From the NCBI GenBank assembly GCA_027491735.1, contig JAOZGP010000004.1, forward strand, positions 30,396 through 94,395: DNA of 64,000 bases, given 5' to 3'. How positions within the stretch are numbered: the stretch's first letter is position 1; each line of letters begins with the position of its first letter. The position numbers and the translations under genes are program-made. The notes below the pieces were generated by a model, which saw nothing but the letters and a program-made list of their open reading frames with translations, was not told where the DNA came from and did not search any database. This DNA comes from Thermoproteota archaeon (GTDB taxonomy: Archaea; Korarchaeota; Korarchaeia; Korarchaeales; Korarchaeaceae). Shown here in pieces: positions 57,040 through 64,000 of the stretch.

Positions 57040-58782
57040 TCATGACCCTAGCTCCAAGGCTATCAGCCTGTACTCCCCGACTATCTTTGAGGGTCCTGCT
57101 GGGCCTGTGGCCAGGTCTACTGGACCAACGAGTACGTATATCCTCTTGCCAGATGCTGAGACGTCCAGCGGCACGCCGTACTTCTCGGGAATCAGGGTCA
57201 GAAACCTGGTCACAAGCTTCAGTCTCGAGGTGTCCCATACGTACACTCCCGACATGGATGCATCGGACGTTATCCAGTCATTGCCCACGCAACCTATCAG
57301 GAGGTTCCCGTCCCTGGCGAAGGGGACCACCTTGCCGTACATGGGCTTCCCGAAGAACTTGTCTATGTACAGGAGATCGCCTGTGTTGAGGTCAAACATG
57401 AAGAGCTTGGTCTGATTCGGATGCTGGACCATGGGTTTCCTTTCGTACTTGGGATTCCAGTAAACTGAGTACGTTGCGGAGGAGTAGGGGATGATCTTGT
57501 CACCCAGAATTCCAGCGAAGTACGTTCCGGCATATATGTAGGATTTTATTGAGGTGTAGTTGCCTCCCTTAACGGGTATCAGAAGAACCTCCGATTCTAT
57601 TGGAGACATTATGGTAGCCTTCCATGCTATCACAGGCTTTCCCTCCTTCACGGACTTTCCATTGTTTATTACGAAAATCCTACCGTCGCTAGGCTCTACT
57701 ACAACATACTTACCGTCAGAACTGATTCCGATCCCGTTCCAGATGTTAGTTCTGTTGAACATGGGAACTCTCGGAGGTATGTCCCACCTCCAGAGCGTGC
57801 TGCCATCGCTAGCTCTGAGCACAAAGATCGTTCCTCCATGCCACCTAGCGGGTTCTTCAGGGCTGTATCCCCACCAGGTGCACAGCGCCATGTATCTGTC
57901 CTTGGAGTCTGTGGCGAACATAGGTATCATCACCCCGGAGGGTCCATCCTCAGGCCACCTCCAGACGACCTTCCAGGTGTCCACGTTCACAGCAACGAGC
58001 CTTGAGGCGTACACCCCGACCCACATGCTGATCCTGTACTCCTTCAGGTTGGAGTACTTCTCTCGAATATCAGGATAGATCTTCATCAGATCAGCTGAGA
58101 CTTTTTTGTACACAGGTCTTTGGGACTTTCCACTTATTATCTTTCCATCGGCCACGAAGTAAAGCCTCTTACCTGAGCTATCGAACCTGATGAAGTTGAT
58201 CATGTTGCCATACCATGGGCTTTTAGTTATGGTCGCCTCCGTGGCATTGGATGGACCCAAGAGGTCCTTGTCAGCCTTGTAGCTCCATACAGTCTTCCAA
58301 TCGTTGGTATCGTATACCAAGACCTCACCGTACCTGGAGCTCAGTCCAACAGCGAAGTACTTACCGTCTGGGGAGAAGGCCATGCTGTAAGGAACCCTTC
58401 CAAGTCCAAACGTTAAATCCTTTATCTTCTTCCCGTTGGAGGAGAAGACGAAGATCTCACCCTTCTGGGTGGTTACAGCAACGAACCTACCGTCTGGAGA
58501 AGATACCACAGATCCCTTTAGGAAGCTGTACCAGGTCCAGGATCTGATGTAAAGACCTCTTTGGATGAGCCATTTTTTATCCACCAGAGGGTCGGTCTTC
58601 CAGACGACTTTGAGCTTCGGAAGCTGGGCGGTTGTGATGTTTGTCCGAACAGCGGAAAAGGGGGCTCTCGAAAAGGAATAAGACACAGCTGCTACGGCCA
58701 CGAGTACCGCCAAAACTGTTATGATGACAGCAACAATTGCTCCCTTAGTCACAGCAGGCCTCCGTCCCGCGACAACCATCAT
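57040..58782 (-). CDS. Membrane-anchored WD40/PQQ-like beta-propeller protein
   Basis: N-terminal TM; repeats SPDGRFVAV, FSPDGKYFAV, ISSDGKYVVV, DGSTLWRW. Confidence 0.85.
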   Translation of the reverse strand: MMVVAGRRPAVTKGAIVAVIITVLAVLVAVAAVSYSFSRAPFSAVRTNITTAQLPKLKVVWKTDPLVDKKWLIQRGLYIRSWTWYSFLKGSVVSSPDGRFVAVTTQKGEIFVFSSNGKKIKDLTFGLGRVPYSMAFSPDGKYFAVGLSSRYGEVLVYDTNDWKTVWSYKADKDLLGPSNATEATITKSPWYGNMINFIRFDSSGKRLYFVADGKIISGKSQRPVYKKVSADLMKIYPDIREKYSNLKEYRISMWVGVYASRLVAVNVDTWKVVWRWPEDGPSGVMIPMFATDSKDRYMALCTWWGYSPEEPARWHGGTIFVLRASDGSTLWRWDIPPRVPMFNRTNIWNGIGISSDGKYVVVEPSDGRIFVINNGKSVKEGKPVIAWKATIMSPIESEVLLIPVKGGNYTSIKSYIYAGTYFAGILGDKIIPYSSATYSVYWNPKYERKPMVQHPNQTKLFMFDLNTGDLLYIDKFFGKPMYGKVVPFARDGNLLIGCVGNDWITSDASMSGVYVWDTSRLKLVTRFLTLIPEKYGVPLDVSASGKRIYVLVGPVDLATGPAGPSKIVGEYRLIALELGS

Positions 58783-58798
58783 ATCACCTTATCAGTGG

Positions 58799-58820
58799 AA
58801 GTAGCACAATAGTATTACTT
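58799..58820. promoter_or_regulatory. Imperfect palindrome overlapping TATA of beta-propeller/ECF operon
   Basis: AAGTAGCAC-AATA-GTATTACTT (7/9 arm match). Confidence 0.5.
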
Positions 58821-58930
58821 AAATTATTATTCTTCTCATAAGGCGAAAGGATGGGGGTGAGGCGGTCCAGCTGCTCAACATCCTGCCTTGCCACATCAGA
58901 TCGGAGCGCCGTTGATTCATCCAAGGAGGG

Positions 58931-59854
58931 ATGATTAACTGTGCACAACCTGGACTTATTTTTTCGTCCTTATATATCTCATGACAATTCTCTGGTCTGC
59001 TTTTGGGTATGTCCTAGCTGGAGTGTTGAGTCGAACTGGAATAGCGGAGTTCTTATGGGCCAAGACAGCGTTCATGAGTAGGATAGGAGTCCCTCCCTGA
59101 CACACGTCCCCGCTCTATACCTGATAAGCCCGAGGGCTGCCCACGCCAGCATCTCCGAGCTTCTCCGAGAAGGAAGAATAAAACCCATTGACATCTACAT
59201 AGTGACTCTCGTCACGGAGCCGTTTATAAGGATCTACTATGCGTACCGCTACTACCTTCCTGTGCTGCTTCCACTGTGGGGCATCATGGTCCTCTACTTC
59301 ATCGCCCTGAAGATGCCCTGAGACCTCCTCATCATGGGAGCTGCTGTGATCTTGGGGAGAAGAAGATACCGCTCCGGACATCGTCTTTCCCTCGAGGTGA
59401 AGGTGGAGCTCTCCAAGAGAACAGTCATGGAAGGTATTCTCTGGGGACTTAGGTCCTTTGCTGACTTTGGAGTGAAGTTCACGTTGACTTTCCTTGTGGT
59501 CGCGGCTTTGATGAAGGCAGACATTGATGAAGAGATTGTCCTGATCCTCAGGCCCTTATTAGCTCAAACCGGTCAGTGCAGATGACCTACCTGATCGCAT
59601 CTATGTTGAGTCCAAGAGCAGCCCACGGTCTGGTGAAGCTTATGCTCGACATAGGATATCCCATGATGAAGGTGCTATGTTGCGTCTTCTTGGGAAATGG
59701 ACTCTACACGTCATTGATGGAGTGGTGGAGATATGGTCTTCCATTCTACACATCGCTGTACCCGAGAGATGTTGCCGTCAGATTGCTCCTCCTGAGGTAT
59801 GGTCTCTCGTCCTTCTATGCATTCCTGCTGGGGGCTTTGTTGCTAATTCTGTGA
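58931..59854 (+). pseudogene. Frameshifted membrane protein with duplicated SPRAAH motif (nucleoside-recognition/Gate-like)
   Basis: AAGGAGG SD and ATG 58931; collinear fragments YLISPRAAH...RYYLP and MLSPRAAH...RYGLP broken by stops near 59100, 59320, 59585. Confidence 0.65.
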
Positions 59855-60281
59855 GCTGGCGGCACACCTCCATCTTGGTTGTATAAAACTAGATAGCGCA
59901 CAACAATCTGTGTGAGAAAAAGTATCTACGTTGTTACAAGTACTGAAGGGATCCCCAGAGGTACCGCTGGATGAATGAAGGTGGGTTTTAGCATGGACCA
60001 GTGCATATCGATCCACCTCTGGGTTTGACACATCATTGAGGCTTTGAAGATCACTAAGTTGATCTTCTCCCCGTGAGACTTTAACTTCTTTGAAAGGCAT
60101 CCAAAAAGGATCTTTAAAAGAAGGATTACAACTCTACGTTCCGTTTCCGAAGGTCCGTCCATGAGTGGAGATGAGAGGTTCTCCGCTAGGAATGCATCGA
60201 AAGCGTAATGAGTCCTAGCGGAATATTCTACATATCCTCAGCTGAGTTCTATGTGAAAGCTACCAACCTCAGGTCTCTCCA

Positions 60282-61151
60282 CTATAGGTTCTTGAGGATC
60301 TCAGATCCTATCCGCATCAGGAGATTATTGTCCCTAAGCTCGGTGCAGTACATGGGAAGCTCCATCACCTTCAACCCGAGGTTTCTGAGCTCCCTCAGGT
60401 ACTTCCGCTGAACCTCCATCCTTTTCCTGAGGAAGGCACAGGAGGCATCTTCTATCACAAAGTTCACAATTAGGAGCTTTATCCTCAATCCTTCCTTCTC
60501 AAAATCCCTTTTTATTCTCTTCAGCTGCTCGACTCCAAGTCTCTCAGGGATTGTTACGGCCACAAACTCTATATCCTTCAGGAATGAGAAGATCTCCTCG
60601 GCCAGGAACCTCCAGCTTTCCACGATTGAGAGGACAGACCTCCTGCCCTCCTCAGTGAGGGGTTTGCGTAACTTCGCGTAGAGCTTGGCTGCTCTGTTCA
60701 AGTGATCCACAAAGAGGATCGGCATCCTCAGAAGCCTGAAAGTATGCCCTGCTGGAGCGGAATCCCAGACCACGAGATCGTAGTTGCCCGATCTGGCCTC
60801 CTTCATCACAAAATAGAGCATGAACTCCTCATCTATTCCAGGAGCCGTGCCTATGTAGTCCAGGATGCTCCTGTCCACATCGGCCACTGCCCTGGCCACC
60901 TGATATACCTCCTCGCCGAACTCGTTCTTCCACATGTCTAGAACCTTAGACAGAGAGAGCTCCATCGCCCACAATCCCTTCTCGACCTCAACCTTCTCAT
61001 CCCTGACGTCTGTGGTGAGGAGGTCGGAGAGGGAAGGAGCCTGGTCCGTAGATATCAGAAGCCTCTTACCGCTTGAGGCCAGGGCTGTGGCTGTCGACAG
61101 GGTGGTCTTCCCAACACCACCCTTTCCAACGAACATAAGAACCCGAGTCAT
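60282..61151 (-). CDS. ArsA/Get3-family ATPase, copy 3
   Basis: GKGGVGKT, STDQAPSLSD, APGIDE, DSAPAGH; start moved to ATG 61151. Confidence 0.92.
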   Translation of the reverse strand: MTRVLMFVGKGGVGKTTLSTATALASSGKRLLISTDQAPSLSDLLTTDVRDEKVEVEKGLWAMELSLSKVLDMWKNEFGEEVYQVARAVADVDRSILDYIGTAPGIDEEFMLYFVMKEARSGNYDLVVWDSAPAGHTFRLLRMPILFVDHLNRAAKLYAKLRKPLTEEGRRSVLSIVESWRFLAEEIFSFLKDIEFVAVTIPERLGVEQLKRIKRDFEKEGLRIKLLIVNFVIEDASCAFLRKRMEVQRKYLRELRNLGLKVMELPMYCTELRDNNLLMRIGSEILKNL

Positions 61152-61297
61152 CTCTTTCGATCGTTGATGAATTGTTTTAAGGATTTTCCCGTGAGAGACC
61201 GGCCAATGTTTTTGATGGGTCCGGGAATCAATATCCAAAAATTTTAAGTTTTCGCTCTTAAACCCCCTGATGGATTTCAGCTGAGAGAGGACCGAGT

Positions 61298-62830
61298 TTG
61301 GGTGAGATAAGAGTTCGATTCTCCGGTATTGCTGTCTTTCTCTCATCGGTTCTAGCGTACATAATCGGCATGGCTTTTACTGTCTACGTGGCTAGAGCTC
61401 TCACTAAGGAAGAGTATGGTATCTATGGGTTCATAGCAAGTCTTTATAGTTTAGCTCTGATGCTCAGCTCGGCGATCTCCTTCTGGGCATTCAGAGCGAG
61501 GGCCAGGGGAAGAAAGGTTATCGGAACCGCTGTCCTCGGGGAGATCATTTTGTCCGTGCCGGCATCACTTACCCTAGGCGCATACCTGCTGACCCATGCA
61601 GGACTGGACCTCCAGTGCGTGTTCGTGGTTATGGCCTACGTGGTCATCGGTTACCTCGTCTCGGGTTTAAACGTCCTTTTTAGAGCGATAGCACCCCACA
61701 AAACGTCGTATAGGAGCTTGATTGTTTCTATTGTTAAGATCTCCGTGGGTTTACTTCTGGTCTTCTACCTAAGGCTTCTTGGAGCACTGATCACGCTGAC
61801 CCTGGGTGTCCTGATCTACGGGCTCTATGTCCTCAGGTACGCTGGAGGGGAGCTCAGGGGCTCCATAGACCTGGATCTCCTCAGGCAGTGGCTGTACTGC
61901 TTCTGGATCGTGATTATACTGAACTCCGCTAATGTGATCTTCCTGAACGCTGACATGTATTACCTCGGGTTTAACGGTCTTTTCTCCGCATTAGGATCTT
62001 ATACGGCCGCCAAGAGAATAGCTAACTGGATGACTTTGGCTTCCTCTCTCAGCATTGGCCTATCTCCAGCTCTTTTATCTGGAGGGGGTAAGGAGAACGT
62101 CGACTCGGTGCTGGATCTGATGATGATGTTCACCGTGCCGATGGTTGTGGGCGCCGTTGTCATGAGTAAGGATCTCGTATGCGTGTTTGGAGCCAAGTAC
62201 ATGGAGGCCAGCAACTCCCTTGAGATCCTAGCAATATCGATGCTGTTTTTCCTCCTGTCAAATGTGCTGGACGGGGCCGTCAGATCACTGGACGATGTGG
62301 ACAGGTACGAGCTCAAGCTGAGATCTCTCCTCAAGAGTTACATCTTCAAGTTAGCGGTTCTCAGCTATGTGGGATTGGCGGTAGAGCTTCTGTCCATGCT
62401 CCTGCTAGCGCCCAGAGCTGGCCTGGATGGAATAGCTCTTTCCGTACTCTGTGGAAGCGTAACCCTCTTGATAATCAGGTACAATCTGGCAAGGAAGGTC
62501 GTCCAGCTGAGTTTGACGAGATTAGTTAAGAGAAGTTCGCTCTACCTTATGTGTAGCTTGATCATGGCTTTAGTTCTTTCAGTTCTTCCAAAGGGAAGGA
62601 TTTCCCTCGTCATACTTTCCGTGGGTGTAGGATGTGTGGTTTACTTCCTCCTGCTCTACCTAGCGGACGAAAAGTTCAGAGGAATGGTGTGCATTGGTCT
62701 CTACAGGGACATAATTCCGCTTATCAGGAGAAAGATTCACTCCTCCAGGAGGTCCAGAACTATGCTTTTGAAGTCGAGCACTGTTTTCGGTTCTCTTGGC
62801 AGGGGAACATTGCTGGACCAGAACCCGTAA
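61298..62830 (+). CDS. Oligosaccharide flippase (Wzx/MOP family)
   Basis: VARALTKEEYG, about 13-14 TM, GSYTAA, FGAKY. Confidence 0.85.
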   Translation: MGEIRVRFSGIAVFLSSVLAYIIGMAFTVYVARALTKEEYGIYGFIASLYSLALMLSSAISFWAFRARARGRKVIGTAVLGEIILSVPASLTLGAYLLTHAGLDLQCVFVVMAYVVIGYLVSGLNVLFRAIAPHKTSYRSLIVSIVKISVGLLLVFYLRLLGALITLTLGVLIYGLYVLRYAGGELRGSIDLDLLRQWLYCFWIVIILNSANVIFLNADMYYLGFNGLFSALGSYTAAKRIANWMTLASSLSIGLSPALLSGGGKENVDSVLDLMMMFTVPMVVGAVVMSKDLVCVFGAKYMEASNSLEILAISMLFFLLSNVLDGAVRSLDDVDRYELKLRSLLKSYIFKLAVLSYVGLAVELLSMLLLAPRAGLDGIALSVLCGSVTLLIIRYNLARKVVQLSLTRLVKRSSLYLMCSLIMALVLSVLPKGRISLVILSVGVGCVVYFLLLYLADEKFRGMVCIGLYRDIIPLIRRKIHSSRRSRTMLLKSSTVFGSLGRGTLLDQNP

Positions 62831-63591
62831 TCAGAGTGGGTGAACTTCCCGCTGTCAAACCCATGATCACTGACAATCAGCTTGGCCGCATCATCCGGGG
62901 CTGAGGACACCATCTCGTTCAAGCGTTTGTACACATCATACATCCTAAGCCTATGCTTCATCTTCTTTGTGGGGAACATATGATGGGCGAAATCAGGCAA
63001 GGGGGAGTAGAACATGACTAAATCGTGATCTGGCAGAGCTAACAAGGCCTCCCTCCAGAGCCTTTCAACATCTGAGAAGACCCTGCCCAGGGCCTCAAGC
63101 TTCTCCTCGAGAGGCCTGTTGTATACCAATCCTATGCTCATCCTGTATCTCGCTATCAGATCGTCGTTGTAGGATGGTATCTCCTTAGCCCACACCCTGT
63201 ACCCCTTGCTCTCAGCAATCTGGAGAAAGGTATCCCTCCTGGCCTCCTCAGGCATTCTCTCCATCCCACAGTCCAGGTTCTTGATTCTGAGATTTATGGC
63301 CACCCTCCTTAGATGTAGGTTCCTTATGGGGATCATCCTCCTTATCTTGTAGAGGAGGTAAAACTTACCCCAGGTTCTCCTTCCCAAGCTCTCGCTTGAA
63401 AAACCGTATCTATATGAGGGATTTCCTGTGAGAAAACTAGCCCATATCAGAGGGGTGTAAAGAGGATTGCCTTCCTTAACAGCCGGTTTCACATCGTACC
63501 TGCCGTAATAGCGCTGCATTAAATTATCTAACTTCCAGGAGAGGACGTCCTCATACTCCAAGCAATCGAGGCCTATGACGAAGACCTTCAC
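62737..63591 (-). CDS. Alkaline phosphatase/sulfatase superfamily protein
   Basis: IGLD, TPLIWASFLTG, PDFAHH, VSDHG, HS; likely GTG 63591 after GGTGA. Confidence 0.82.
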   Translation of the reverse strand: MKVFVIGLDCLEYEDVLSWKLDNLMQRYYGRYDVKPAVKEGNPLYTPLIWASFLTGNPSYRYGFSSESLGRRTWGKFYLLYKIRRMIPIRNLHLRRVAINLRIKNLDCGMERMPEEARRDTFLQIAESKGYRVWAKEIPSYNDDLIARYRMSIGLVYNRPLEEKLEALGRVFSDVERLWREALLALPDHDLVMFYSPLPDFAHHMFPTKKMKHRLRMYDVYKRLNEMVSSAPDDAAKLIVSDHGFDSGKFTHSDYGFWSSNVPLPREPKTVLDFKSIVLDLLEE

Positions 63592-64000
63592 AGGATCACC
63601 CTTGTGCAGTTCATCAGCTGGTCTATCAGTGAACCACCACGATCTAAAAAATGATGGCTTCATGAGGAGCTTGGCCGTGCAACGACCCTCATCCTCACAG
63701 GCGAGTTCACACCACCACTACCGAGTATCCGCTGGTGAGCTTTCTGTTCAGTAACCTCATTTCCGGGGGAAGAAGGACTTGTACTCGTTATTTGTCCTAG
63801 CTGGGAGGCCCTTGCTTTAACGGATGGTAGTTCATGGATGCTAGCGAGTTGAACACCACCAGATTGATGTCAGGAGGCAGGGGCGTATAACGTCTGTAGC
63901 GCGATGGCCTTCATGACACCGACCTCCGCTCGGGATTGTGAGGATGGGGTGGACTGGGGAGCTTGACCGATGACTTGAAGGTGCCCTCAGGAAGGCCATC

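Noticed and set aside
61152-61346. N-terminal extension of third ArsA
   Set aside because: Runs across the divergent promoter and flippase start; P-loop follows ATG 61151
63680-64000. Possible second tnpB 3' remnant (ICPS, AGAYNV)
   Set aside because: Highly degraded and truncated by the window edge

Overview
Archaeal chromosomal DNA (GGTGA/GAGG Shine-Dalgarno motifs, TTTATA-type promoters, AGG/AGA Arg usage, archaeal gene families), most consistent with an anaerobic thermophile; a Korarchaeota-like assignment is only an impression. I found no rRNA, tRNA or CRISPR array. Housekeeping and metabolic genes include hisS, trpS, ade, a bipartite lipoate ligase, a GPN GTPase and several transporters. 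Four gene systems stand out. (1) A single operon cooF-cooS-cooC-hdrA-mvhD(fused)-hdrC-hdrB, with no hydrogenase or ACS subunits, preceded by a V4R protein and a degenerate radical-SAM/LysR-HTH fusion regulator. (2) A cstA locus with a CCDC47/DUF1682-like membrane protein, two paralogous small proteins, two Get3/ArsA ATPases (one with a natural switch-I D-to-N change) and a catalytically eroded IS607-type serine transposase. Phased CGATAA repeats lie upstream of both cstA and the arsA operon. This is my best candidate for an undescribed system. (3) Candidate tetraether-lipid-modifying radical SAM genes: a grsA-like gene behind a wHTH regulator with a 26-bp palindromic operator, and a possible Gms/Gmm-like pair. 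(4) A beta-propeller/ECF/CobN/ChlD-like tetrapyrrole uptake and chelation cluster. Spacers contain a deleted IS200/IS605 tnpB remnant and several decayed toxin-antitoxin fragments. All family calls rest on motif recognition, not database searches.
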